Notes under the pieces: generated by a model
Told to the model about the DNA's origin: nothing
What the model saw: only the letters and a program-made list of their open reading frames with translations
The model's database searches: none
Origin: Thermoplasmata archaeon
GTDB taxonomy: Archaea > Thermoplasmatota > Thermoplasmata > Halarchaeoplasmatales > Halarchaeoplasmataceae
NCBI GenBank assembly: GCA_046498385.1
Contig: JAWOAU010000007.1
Span: forward strand, 27,632-91,631
Reading direction: 5' to 3'
Length of the DNA: 64,000 nt
Translations under genes and position numbers: made by a program
Part shown: one piece after another, positions 9,946 to 19,202 of the stretch
Numbering within the stretch: position 1 is the first letter of the stretch
Layout: each line of letters opens with the position of its first letter

Positions 9946-10164
9946 TACCGCCCGGTCATGAAGGTCGTGGTGAGTACCCCAGCACTGTGAACTACGATGC
10001 AAGGACCGGGTCAGGTTCCGATGGGTCCCCCTGTGAACCCAGGGTGTGACACCCAGTTATGATCAGGGAACAACCCCGGGATCGAACATACCCCTGGCTT
10101 GAGTCAGGAAGGGGAGTTGGCCGTGCCCTACCGTGAGCCATACTGTTACAGCCAGGGGACAGAT
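9946..10164 (+). ncRNA. candidate multi-hairpin box H/ACA pseudouridylation guide RNA
   Basis: GC-rich non-coding tract after a TTTAATATA box. Hairpin CCCGGTC/GACCGGG has an internal loop and a GA/GA K-turn; the last hairpin CCCCTGGCT/AGCCAGGGG is followed immediately by ACA (10159-10161). Confidence 0.65.
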
Positions 10165-10174
10165 AACCATCAAC

Positions 10175-10309
10175 ATGAGCAGTAAACAGCTAATCTGTCC
10201 CAAATGTGAGGGGAAAAACATAGTTCCCGAAGCGGGATTTATCACTGGATACAAGTATCACTGCAGAGACTGCGGATATATTGGAGCACTCGTATTTCAA
10301 GAGGATTAA
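10175..10309 (+). CDS. small CPxC/CxxCG zinc-finger protein (44 aa; not in the ORF track)
   Basis: MSSKQLICPKCEGKNIVPEAGFITGYKYHCRDCGYIGALVFQED*. Confidence 0.7.
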   Translation: MSSKQLICPKCEGKNIVPEAGFITGYKYHCRDCGYIGALVFQED

Positions 10310-10317
10310 GGCTTCAA

Positions 10318-10911
10318 CTATTTGCAAAACATATCCAATATGTTTTTTGCCTCCTCGTAGCGAGTCTCGTTGCCCATGATCTCCAGTATGAATATAAGTA
10401 ATTTTAAGCGAAGGAAAGTAGGGTGATTGATATTAGATAACTTATCCTGGGACCGCTCGATAACTTCATCGGTCATTTCATCCAACTTGAAAAAGAAAGA
10501 GGATAGATTTTCTATATGCTCCTCTGATACTTCTATATCATATCCCAAAGCAGTCATGGATTTAATTATTCGTTCGGCGTTGAAATTATGCTGTATCTCC
10601 CAACTATTGATAGTATCTTCTTTTCCGAGGGGGCCGTCAGATGGTGAAAATATGAATATAGTCGCGGTACGTCCGTACATCTTTTCGGGGATATGGTGGA
10701 CCTTTCGTTCACCACTCACCTCTACGTAACCCACTTTCTCAAGTTTTTTAAGGTGGCGATATATTGTAGACTGGTCTTTATCAAGAGCTTCGGCTAACTG
10801 GGAGATAGACATATCCCGCACGCGTAAAAGAGACAAAATCTTACTACGAGTATCTTCAACGCATAACTTAATCAAGTCGATGTCTCGGATGACCTTTACC
10901 TCTTGTTTCAT
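10318..10911 (-). CDS. ArsR-family winged-helix transcriptional regulator
   Basis: TRSKILSLL...MSISQLAEALDKDQSTIYRHLKKLEKVGYV. Confidence 0.85.
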   Translation of the reverse strand: MKQEVKVIRDIDLIKLCVEDTRSKILSLLRVRDMSISQLAEALDKDQSTIYRHLKKLEKVGYVEVSGERKVHHIPEKMYGRTATIFIFSPSDGPLGKEDTINSWEIQHNFNAERIIKSMTALGYDIEVSEEHIENLSSFFFKLDEMTDEVIERSQDKLSNINHPTFLRLKLLIFILEIMGNETRYEEAKNILDMFCK

Positions 10912-10978
10912 ACGTTCCTCTTATGTATACCGATTTTGAATTAGATAAACTTTTGGTCAATAATGCAAGTGTGATGAT

Positions 10979-12139
10979 TCAGTCTTCTTCTTCCTCTTCA
11001 GGCTTTCCGATTTTAAGGTCACCGATTTCACCCTTTACCTCTTCTAAAACTTCACGGGCACCTTTCTCGGCCTCTTTCTTTATTCTTTCCCGATCATCCC
11101 ATTCCGAACCTTTTGCATCTCTCTCAATCTGTTTGATCTCATTCTTCATCTGTTCTCTTCCTGGAATTTCACCGAGCACGTCCTCAGCTCTACCGACTAT
11201 TTTCTCGAGTTCGGATATATCGACGGGTTGTTTCGCCTCCACGGTTCTTGAAGCTCCCAGATACTCCGAAGCACCTTCAACCAGTCGAGATATCTCGAAT
11301 GGGAATATGATCTTGGTAGCCTCTCCCTCGGACATATCCTTTAGTGTGTCCAAAGAAAGGTAAGTAAGTGCTTTTTCATCCAGCATACCTGCTCCAAGAG
11401 AAAGTACTCTCAACCGTTGTGATTCACCTTGTGCTTGCAGTATCTTAGCGGTCCTTGAACCTTCGGCCTCCAGTATTTTACTTTGTCTTATACCTTCAGC
11501 GTTGAGGATCCTCGACCTTCGATTACCTTCGGCCTTCAAGATGGCCGATCTTTTCTGTCCGTCGGCCTTCAAGATGGCGGCCCTCCTCTGTCTTTCCGCA
11601 GCGGTTTGTTCCTCCATAGCTTGTTTGACGATGCCTCTGGGGTCGACCTCTCTTATCTCTACCGCCTCCACACGGACTCCCCATCCGTCTGTTGCCTCGT
11701 CCAGCACCTGTCTGAGATGGGTATTGATTCGCTCCCGGTTGTACAATATCTCATCAAGTTCCATATCACCGATAACGGAACGCAGGGTTGTTTGTGCCAG
11801 ATTGATGGTTGCCGCCTTATGATTGGTGACCTCGAAGAAGGCCTTTTTGACGTCCACCACTTTGATGTAAATTATGGCGTCGACGTTGGTTGGTGAGTTG
11901 TCCTTGGTAATAACTTCCTGACGGGGGACGTCTAGAACCTGTGTTCTCAGGTCCATCTTTATTACCTGGGATATAAACGGGTATACTATGTTTACACCGG
12001 GATTGAGAACTCCCTGGAAGTTACCTAGCTTGATATATATACCCTGCTCGTAGGGCTGTATTATCCAAAAAGCCGTTCTTCCGGCGACAACGGTCAACAA
12101 TATTATTCCAACTACTATCAGTATTATCCATCCTATCAT
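10979..12139 (-). CDS. SPFH/band 7 (stomatin-like) membrane protein
   Basis: N-terminal TM, QEVITKDN, AQTTLRSVIG, WGVRVEAVEI, and repeated AEG coiled-coil units. Confidence 0.93.
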   Translation of the reverse strand: MIGWIILIVVGIILLTVVAGRTAFWIIQPYEQGIYIKLGNFQGVLNPGVNIVYPFISQVIKMDLRTQVLDVPRQEVITKDNSPTNVDAIIYIKVVDVKKAFFEVTNHKAATINLAQTTLRSVIGDMELDEILYNRERINTHLRQVLDEATDGWGVRVEAVEIREVDPRGIVKQAMEEQTAAERQRRAAILKADGQKRSAILKAEGNRRSRILNAEGIRQSKILEAEGSRTAKILQAQGESQRLRVLSLGAGMLDEKALTYLSLDTLKDMSEGEATKIIFPFEISRLVEGASEYLGASRTVEAKQPVDISELEKIVGRAEDVLGEIPGREQMKNEIKQIERDAKGSEWDDRERIKKEAEKGAREVLEEVKGEIGDLKIGKPEEEEED

Positions 12140-12594
12140 GTTTCCTCACTCTCTTTTAATTTTTTTACCCAAACTACGACCCCTTCGCTTTTGGTGACCA
12201 CTACTTTGCTACCTTGGGGTATGGGCACCTGGGATGTGGCGCTCCATATTTGATTTTTGAGTTTTACCTTACCGGATATCTCATCCGGGACCACCCTAAC
12301 CATCACCTTTCCAACTTCTCCGACCAGTGAAGAACCCATAGTGGTAGTGGGTTTGGAAGGAGGTGATATACCCTGGTAAAATTTCATGGATACGATCATC
12401 ATCGGTATCACTACGGCTGCAACTATCATCGGGGTCCACCATGTAAATAATATACTTGGGTATATAACAGAGATCACACCGAGGACGAACAACACACCCG
12501 CCGGTATTGCGATAAAGAACCCGGGTTCGGTGGCCTCAAGTATGAGCAGAGCTATACCCAGAACGATCAGTATTAGCCCAACACTTGTATCCAT
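12136..12594 (-). CDS. NfeD-family membrane protein (short form)
   Basis: Three TM helices plus a C-terminal OB domain (GKVKLKNQIWSA); overlaps the SPFH gene start. Confidence 0.88.
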   Translation of the reverse strand: MDTSVGLILIVLGIALLILEATEPGFFIAIPAGVLFVLGVISVIYPSILFTWWTPMIVAAVVIPMMIVSMKFYQGISPPSKPTTTMGSSLVGEVGKVMVRVVPDEISGKVKLKNQIWSATSQVPIPQGSKVVVTKSEGVVVWVKKLKESEET

Positions 12595-12650
12595 AGACTC
12601 TGAGATAACTTAAAGATATTTTAACTTTCCCCATCTATTGACATTTATAT

Positions 12651-13367
12651 TTATATTCCTAATACCGTTCGCTGCACCTTGAGCAACTCTTGGATCCCTT
12701 GGGAAGCCAAGTCCAGCATGGAATCGTGCTCTTCACGTGTAAATACGCCTTCCTCTCCTGTGCTTTGGATCTCCACGAAGTCGCCTTCGGTATCCATAAC
12801 GACGTTCATGTCTACGGTAGCTGCGGAATCCTCCTCGAAGCATATGTCCAATAATATTTTGTCATCAACCAGACCAACGCTTGTGGCGGCCACTTGTCTT
12901 ATAACCGGGGAATCGCTGATCACTGCGTTTTCAAGGAGCCGTTGACATGCCATGAACAACGCCACCCAAGATCCGGTGATAGAAGCGGTTCTGGTACCTC
13001 CGTCGGCTTGTATCACGTCGCAGTCCACCCAAAGTGTCCTTGATCCTAGTACCTCCAGGTCCAAGGATGCCCTTAAAGAACGACCTATCAGTCTCTGGAT
13101 CTCCTTTGTCCTACCTCTTACACCTTTGGTCTCTCGGCGTATCCTCGAGTCACCGCTGCCCGGTAGCATGCCGTATCTAGCGGTCAGCCATCCCTTCTCT
13201 TTTTCATTCCCTTCCAGCCACGGCGGGACACTCTCTTCACACATAACGGTACAGATAACCTTGGTTTTACCGGTTTCGATGAGTACGGAGCCTAGAGGAT
13301 TCTGGAGATAATTTTTTGTGATTCTTGTCTTTCGCAGCTCAAAATCAGTTCTGTTTTTTCTGGACAT
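12651..13367 (-). CDS. rph: ribonuclease PH, bacterial type
   Basis: GSVLIETGKTKVIC, GWLTARYGMLP, RTKEIQRLIGRSLR, DCDVIQADGGTRTASITG and EIQSTGE. Confidence 0.9.
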   Translation of the reverse strand: MSRKNRTDFELRKTRITKNYLQNPLGSVLIETGKTKVICTVMCEESVPPWLEGNEKEKGWLTARYGMLPGSGDSRIRRETKGVRGRTKEIQRLIGRSLRASLDLEVLGSRTLWVDCDVIQADGGTRTASITGSWVALFMACQRLLENAVISDSPVIRQVAATSVGLVDDKILLDICFEEDSAATVDMNVVMDTEGDFVEIQSTGEEGVFTREEHDSMLDLASQGIQELLKVQRTVLGI

Positions 13368-13463
13368 GAATAGACCTCGTTTTAGTGGAATTTACAAGGT
13401 AGGATATATATTTTGGCTATTTTTCGTGAAAAAATTATTATCTTAGTTTTGTTTAGCATAGCC

Positions 13464-14090
13464 ATGTACCCTTTGATAGAAAAACAGCTTATAGCCAACG
13501 GAGCAGAGGCACAAATATTGAGGGGGGTTTGGAAAGAGCGTGAGTTAATAATCAAAAAAAGGATCGTCAAAGGATATCGACATAGAAGGTTAGACGAGGT
13601 TTTACGGCATTCTAGGACAAAAAAGGAAGCCCGGTTGATGAGCAAAGCCCGCAAAGCCGGAGTGCCCACACCAGTGATATACGACGTGGTACCTGAAAAG
13701 CAAACAATAGTGATGGAATGGTTCCCAGGGCGGCGAGTCATGGGTTGTGTGGAAAACGGAGGTAACGTAGATATGAGAGAGGTGGGAAAATATATCGGAA
13801 AAATGCACGCCGCGAACATATGTCACGGAGACCTCACCACCTCGAACATACTTTACTCAAACCAGGACCGCCGATACTGTTTTATCGACTTCAGCCTCGG
13901 AAACTTTCAGGCGGATGTCGAAGAAAAAGGTGTAGACCTTCATCTTTTAAAGGAAGCCTTGGTCAGCGTACACGAAGATGCCTTGGACATGTATGAAAAG
14001 GTACTCGATGGCTATGTTAGAGCCTATCCGGAGGGGGATGAAGTGATCGCCCGCACAAAGGATATAGAGTCCCGGGGGCGGTATTCGTGA
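13464..14090 (+). CDS. bud32: KEOPS complex kinase Bud32
   Basis: GAEA, KGYRH..LD..LR..RT..EAR, HGDLTTSN, IDFSL and EEKGVDL. Confidence 0.92.
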   Translation: MYPLIEKQLIANGAEAQILRGVWKERELIIKKRIVKGYRHRRLDEVLRHSRTKKEARLMSKARKAGVPTPVIYDVVPEKQTIVMEWFPGRRVMGCVENGGNVDMREVGKYIGKMHAANICHGDLTTSNILYSNQDRRYCFIDFSLGNFQADVEEKGVDLHLLKEALVSVHEDALDMYEKVLDGYVRAYPEGDEVIARTKDIESRGRYS

Positions 14091-14632
14091 GGAATCTGAA
14101 TGTTATCACATCCAATCGGGGCAAGTTCAGAGAATTTCAAAAAGAATTATCAGGACAATTCCGGGTATCAATGAAAAATGTTGACTATCATGAGATACAA
14201 ACGGACAGTCTTGAATTCGTTGTGTTACACGCTTTAGATGAACTTGAAGAGTATGCGCCGTTGATAATCGACGACAGTGGTCTTTTTGTCCGAGCTCTCA
14301 ACGGCTTTCCAGGAGTATATTCCGCCTACGTTATGGACACCTTGGGCTGCAGTGGGATATTGAAGTTAATGGAGCAAGAAGAAAATCGAGAGGCATATTT
14401 TCAATGCATAATCGGTTTGCTAGACCATGGGAAGAAACTATTCAAGGGTACCTGCAGAGGCAGCATATCTTACAAGGAACGTGGAACCCAGGGTTTCGGA
14501 TACGACCCGATCTTCATCCCGTCGGGCTGCGATACAGCCTTTGCAGAGATGGACACATCTGAAAAGAACAAAATAAGTCATCGCGGAAAGGCTGCTGAAA
14601 GTTTCTTAGACCACGTGAAAAGTCTTTCCTGA
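14087..14632 (+). CDS. rdgB: non-canonical purine NTP pyrophosphatase (RdgB/HAM1)
   Basis: TSNRGKF, DDSGL, GFPGVYS, GFGYDPIF and KNKISHRGKA. Confidence 0.95.
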   Translation: MRNLNVITSNRGKFREFQKELSGQFRVSMKNVDYHEIQTDSLEFVVLHALDELEEYAPLIIDDSGLFVRALNGFPGVYSAYVMDTLGCSGILKLMEQEENREAYFQCIIGLLDHGKKLFKGTCRGSISYKERGTQGFGYDPIFIPSGCDTAFAEMDTSEKNKISHRGKAAESFLDHVKSLS

Positions 14633-14633
14633 C

Positions 14634-15344
14634 TCACTCAGATATAACCCTGGTAACCTGGAGTCTGCTTCCGTCGAAAAGGAGGGTAAAGAAAGATGTG
14701 TTGTGCTTGGTTGCTCTCATCTTATCTATTGAAAGGTATCGGCGGCTTTCTACCCTACCTACCCTTTCTTTGGTCAAGTAGATTATACCGTCGGCAAGGA
14801 ATTCTTCTTCCCGGAGACTTTCGTCGGTAAGAGGTTTTTCAACGATGAGTAGGGAGGTCAAATCTTCAAAATCCCGCAGCCACTCAAAAAGATGGAACAG
14901 ATCTTCCCTTCGATTCGATACACCTGATATCAATTCTAATGTAGTTAACGAATCAACAACCAACAGTTCGTATTTAGTAGTGGATCTTATTCTTTTCACA
15001 TAGTCTTTGAACACATCCATCCAATTTTTTGGGTTCTTTTTCATTGTGTCCCGTAAGTAACACACGTCAACGATGGTTATTTTCTCTTGAACCCATTCGT
15101 GAGGCATATTGAGGCTTTCGAACTGATCCTGCAAACTTTCTCTATTCTGCTGAAAGGATATATACAGCCCTTTCCGTTCTTCTTTAAGGGCGTTGTGGTA
15201 TAAAATATTGTAAGCTAGGGATGATTTATAGGTGCCGGGATTACCACTTATCAACACGATGTGCCCCTCGGGTATACCTCCGGACATCTGGTTGTCGAGG
15301 TTAATTATGTGTGTTTTTATCCTGCTGCTTTCTTTAGGACTCAA
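14634..15344 (-). CDS. KaiC/RAD55-like RecA-superfamily ATPase
   Basis: GGIPEG..VLISGNPGTYKS, VVDSL and IDKMRATKH. Confidence 0.88.
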   Translation of the reverse strand: MSPKESSRIKTHIINLDNQMSGGIPEGHIVLISGNPGTYKSSLAYNILYHNALKEERKGLYISFQQNRESLQDQFESLNMPHEWVQEKITIVDVCYLRDTMKKNPKNWMDVFKDYVKRIRSTTKYELLVVDSLTTLELISGVSNRREDLFHLFEWLRDFEDLTSLLIVEKPLTDESLREEEFLADGIIYLTKERVGRVESRRYLSIDKMRATKHNTSFFTLLFDGSRLQVTRVISE

Positions 15345-16438
15345 ATCAAATGTTCCCCCTTCTGCATAACTTGAACTCCGTCAACTTCAAAGGAGGGGTC
15401 CAGCATGACCAGGTCCCAGTGCAAAGTTGACTCGTTCTTACCGCCGAACATACGGTTTTCTCCGATCGCGATGTGTATGCTGCCTATGATTTTTTCATCG
15501 GTGATGGTGTATCCTATGGCCTTTGTAACCTCAGGGTTTATACCTATGCCGAATTCGCCTATGATGTCCTTATCCCCCTGTGAGTTCTCGATCACTTCAT
15601 TGAACACTTCTTCGTTCTCTTCAGCACTGGCTTCAACAAGTTTGCCGTTTTTAAATACCGCATGTATTCCCTTGATTTTGTTGCCCCTGTAAAAAGCCAG
15701 GTCAAAATATGCTTCTCCGTTGGCGGAACTTTCAACAGGTGCGCAGAATACTTCTCCGCAGGGCAGGTTGTTACCGATATCCCCTCGGGCTACGTCTTCG
15801 GGAGAAACTATGCCGTCATCTACCAGTATGTGGCGGTCCTTGATAGAAAACTTCAGATCCGTACCGTTATCTGAGGTGATGTGTACCTTATTTCCTGAAT
15901 TCAGCTTTTCAGCCAATTTTTCGCCATTCTCGCGGAGGAGGTCGTAATCGGTATCTACCGCTCTCCAAAACATGTTCCAAAATTCTTCGTAGTCTATGCC
16001 GTACATGTCGGCCTTTTCTTTCGTGGGATAACCTATACCGGTCCAGCGTATCTTCTCTTCCTGGAATTTGTTGTTTATAGGCCTTTTTCCGCTCCTAGCT
16101 GCTCCGACTTTTACCTCCGGTAAGGCGGCCATTTTCCTGGGATCCTTGCTTGAATCTATGCTTATGATCCCATCTATATCCTCAAGCCATCTTAGGTAGT
16201 ATTCCGGAGTGCGTTTTAAGTATTCAATATCTACTTCGTCGACGGTTCTTTGTTCTAAACGATCCGTTTTGGCCATTACAACAGGGAACGCCCCTAGTTT
16301 TCGTACATTTACAGCAAGGTCCTCAACCAGTTCGAAGTTGTGAATTCCGCCGTTGACCAGGATAACCTCTCCTTCCTTCACCAGCATGCATTTGTTAACC
16401 ACCTTTTCGGCCACCTCTTCCAAATCCACTTTCAACAT
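15341..16438 (-). CDS. M29-family aminopeptidase
   Basis: NLPCGEVFCAP, GEFGIG, DEKIIGSIHIAIG and STLHWD; likely start MLKVDL. Confidence 0.9.
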   Translation of the reverse strand: MLKVDLEEVAEKVVNKCMLVKEGEVILVNGGIHNFELVEDLAVNVRKLGAFPVVMAKTDRLEQRTVDEVDIEYLKRTPEYYLRWLEDIDGIISIDSSKDPRKMAALPEVKVGAARSGKRPINNKFQEEKIRWTGIGYPTKEKADMYGIDYEEFWNMFWRAVDTDYDLLRENGEKLAEKLNSGNKVHITSDNGTDLKFSIKDRHILVDDGIVSPEDVARGDIGNNLPCGEVFCAPVESSANGEAYFDLAFYRGNKIKGIHAVFKNGKLVEASAEENEEVFNEVIENSQGDKDIIGEFGIGINPEVTKAIGYTITDEKIIGSIHIAIGENRMFGGKNESTLHWDLVMLDPSFEVDGVQVMQKGEHLI

Positions 16439-16496
16439 AATTACCGATATAGTAATGCATATGTCGAGTTTAAGCGTTTTGGTAGGGTGTGCTTTA

Positions 16497-17237
16497 TCAA
16501 CCGTATAGAGGGGGCTGTGCTCCTTTGAGGTCCATATCGCTCTGGGCTTTTTTGGTCTGTTCGACCAGGCGTGCGTATTCTTCCTCAAGCTCTTCGGCGC
16601 TCTCTATAAGTTTAGATGTGTCGATATCGATCTCCATATAATCTGCAAACTTATCCAACAGAGTGGCGGCACTTCTTGGATCCGGCATATTCGTCGACCC
16701 TTCAGCGAGCATAGCGACCGCTTCAATCTTGTTCTCATGAGCGTAGAGTAAGAGAGAACTGGAAACGCCGGATATTGCTCCTCTTTTTATTACATCTATA
16801 TCCAGTTTTTCAGCGTGACCAGCGGCGGAATGAGTGCTTATCACACCCCATATCTTATTATCGTTTCCGTTCTCCTTGGATTTGGGTATACCGTCAAAGA
16901 TTATCACCTCTTTGATATTGTTATCAACGCTCCAATCGATTATCTGTTTTGCCAGACTGTTGGCGAGATGAGGTGGGATGACCATATCCGATTTTACCAG
17001 CAAGAAACCCTTCCCTGCAAAAAACCTGACCGGTCTTCTGGGTACTCCATCAAAAATAACCGTGGTGGGAGGAAATTCGTCGCAGCTGACGGATGCAACT
17101 TGCTCCAATGAGAGGGTGTTTATCAGCTGTTCAGAGGCGATACCACCTATCAGTCCTATTCCGGGAAAACCTGCTACTAGGACACTGACTTCGGGGATAT
17201 CCTTATGCTCTATTATTTCGTAATTCGGATGGTCCAT
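16497..17237 (-). CDS. proteasome assembly chaperone PAC2 family
   Basis: GFPGIGLIGGIA, PDPRSAA and a C-terminal HbYX-type LYG. Confidence 0.9.
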   Translation of the reverse strand: MDHPNYEIIEHKDIPEVSVLVAGFPGIGLIGGIASEQLINTLSLEQVASVSCDEFPPTTVIFDGVPRRPVRFFAGKGFLLVKSDMVIPPHLANSLAKQIIDWSVDNNIKEVIIFDGIPKSKENGNDNKIWGVISTHSAAGHAEKLDIDVIKRGAISGVSSSLLLYAHENKIEAVAMLAEGSTNMPDPRSAATLLDKFADYMEIDIDTSKLIESAEELEEEYARLVEQTKKAQSDMDLKGAQPPLYG

Positions 17238-17352
17238 ATTTGTTTCACCTATGATGGTATGCATTCGGTGATATTTTTTATTTTGGGAGGATTTGTAGGG
17301 GAGTAAGATTAAAGTAAGATTAGGATAATCATGGTGGAAATATGGTGGTATA

Positions 17353-18141
17353 ATGGATCTGGGAATCAAAGGAAACACAGCTCTGGTAACGGCGTCCAGC
17401 GGGGGGTTAGGATACGCTTCCGCAAAGGCACTCTCTCTGGAGGGTGTTGACGTTGTGATAAACGGTAGGGATCCGCAAAGGCTGGAGCATGCGGTGGAAA
17501 AGTTGGAGAAAACAGCGAAGGGAAAAGTGATAGGTATCTGTGGGGATGTTAGTAGAGATGAAGATATAGTTCATCTGGTCGAAAGCACGGCGGAAGAATT
17601 CGGAACCATAGATCATCTAGTAACCTGCGTTGGCGGACCTCCCAGCAAGAAATTCATGAATACCCAGGAAGAAGAATGGTACAGCGCCTTCGATTCGTTG
17701 TTAATGAGTGTTGTGCGTTTGACCCAGGAGGTGGAAAAGTATTTGAGGAACGGTGAGGGGACCATAGTTAACATAACCTCCATCTCCGTTAAAGAGTCCA
17801 TAGATAACCTCGTTCTTTCCAATTCAGTCAGGATGGGGGTTTTAGGATTGATGAAAACGTTATCTAAAGAATTGGCTCCGGAGATACGGGTAAATGCTGT
17901 TCTTCCCGGTTTTACGGAGACCGAACGAATAAAACAGCTTATAAACCAATCCATAGAAAGGGGAGATATCAAGGATTATCAGGAAGGATTGGATAACTTC
18001 GCTAGAAACATACCTCTTGAAAGGATCGGACAACCAAACGAGTTAGGGGAAGTTGTGGCTTTCTTGTGTTCCAAACGTTCATCCTATATCACCGGAGTAG
18101 CGGTACCTGTGGACGGCGGTTGGAGTAGATCTAACCTGTGA
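17353..18141 (+). CDS. SDR family oxidoreductase
   Basis: [18 protein letters not shown] and YITG...VDGG. Confidence 0.9.
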   Translation: MDLGIKGNTALVTASSGGLGYASAKALSLEGVDVVINGRDPQRLEHAVEKLEKTAKGKVIGICGDVSRDEDIVHLVESTAEEFGTIDHLVTCVGGPPSKKFMNTQEEEWYSAFDSLLMSVVRLTQEVEKYLRNGEGTIVNITSISVKESIDNLVLSNSVRMGVLGLMKTLSKELAPEIRVNAVLPGFTETERIKQLINQSIERGDIKDYQEGLDNFARNIPLERIGQPNELGEVVAFLCSKRSSYITGVAVPVDGGWSRSNL

Positions 18142-18144
18142 AGT

Positions 18145-19056
18145 TCACCAGCCTCTTTCCTGCAACATCTCGGATTCCGGGATATCATCAATGTTTTTGC
18201 CGGGCATAGCGTCTCCAAGACCATGGGAGATATCTGCCAACATCTCGGGATCGTCATAGTGGATCACGGCTTTAACTATTGCCTCCGCCATAAGGGGTGG
18301 GTTCTCAGACTTAAATATGCCGCTGCCTACGAAGACTCCGTCGCTGCCCATCTGCATCATCAGCGCCGCATCCGCCGGTGTGGCGATACCGCCTGCGGCG
18401 AAATTGACTACTGGTAAACGCTGCAGCTCGGCAACGTTTTCAACCAGCTCCAATGGGACTCCGTAAAGTTTAGCGGCGTCCCTAAGTTCGTGCTTATCTT
18501 TCTTTCTCAGTTCATGAATGGCACCCTGGACCGTCCGCTGGTGCCTGACCGCCTCGATGATATTGCCGGTTCCGGCTTCACCTTTGGTACGCATCATGGC
18601 CGCTCCTTCGTCTATCCTTCTCAACGCCTCACCCAAGTTCCGACAGCCACACACGAAGGGTACCTTGAACAAGCTTTTGTCCACATGATAAAAGGGGTCC
18701 CCAGGTGTGAGCACTTCCGATTCATCCACCATGTCTACTCCCAGGCTTTCCAGTATCTGTGCTTCGACAAAATGCCCTATCCTGCACTTCGCCATGACGG
18801 GTATATCTACCCTCGTTAGTATTTCCCTTATTTTCTTTGGATCCGACATCCGGGCCACTCCTCCGGTATCACGGATATCCGCAGGGACTCTTTCTAGAGC
18901 CATCACAGCAACCGCACCTGCATCCTCTGCGATACGGGCCTCTTCAGCGTTGGTAACGTCCATTATAACTCCGCCTTTCTGCATCTTGGCAAAGCCTTTC
19001 TTTATCAGTTCCGAACCAAAACGTAATTTTGACATGTCGATTTCCATTTGATACAC
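18145..19056 (-). CDS. pdxS: pyridoxal 5'-phosphate synthase subunit PdxS
   Basis: [30 protein letters not shown] and [18 protein letters not shown]. Confidence 0.97.
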   Translation of the reverse strand: MYQMEIDMSKLRFGSELIKKGFAKMQKGGVIMDVTNAEEARIAEDAGAVAVMALERVPADIRDTGGVARMSDPKKIREILTRVDIPVMAKCRIGHFVEAQILESLGVDMVDESEVLTPGDPFYHVDKSLFKVPFVCGCRNLGEALRRIDEGAAMMRTKGEAGTGNIIEAVRHQRTVQGAIHELRKKDKHELRDAAKLYGVPLELVENVAELQRLPVVNFAAGGIATPADAALMMQMGSDGVFVGSGIFKSENPPLMAEAIVKAVIHYDDPEMLADISHGLGDAMPGKNIDDIPESEMLQERGW

Positions 19057-19202
19057 CTTAGTGTACTATATCGGAGGGGTATATTTGAAGATTTCTGAAA
19101 GTCACGCCGTTTCTTCGCTCATCTGGTTTCATAGAGATGCGAAATATTCATTAACAGCTTGTCCGTAGGGTAATATTCTATGTACCGACGAGGAAAAAAC
19201 AG

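Noticed and set aside
9946-10164. SRP RNA or RNase P RNA
   Set aside because: It lacks the SRP helix 8 GGAA/AGCA motif and the RNase P GAGGAAAGUCC element; an H/ACA layout fits better.
10979-12594. NfeD-SPFH pair as a novel system
   Set aside because: This is a well-known conserved prokaryotic gene pair.
14634-15344. circadian clock KaiC
   Set aside because: It is a single-domain archaeal KaiC-like ATPase with no kaiA or kaiB; these are common in archaea.
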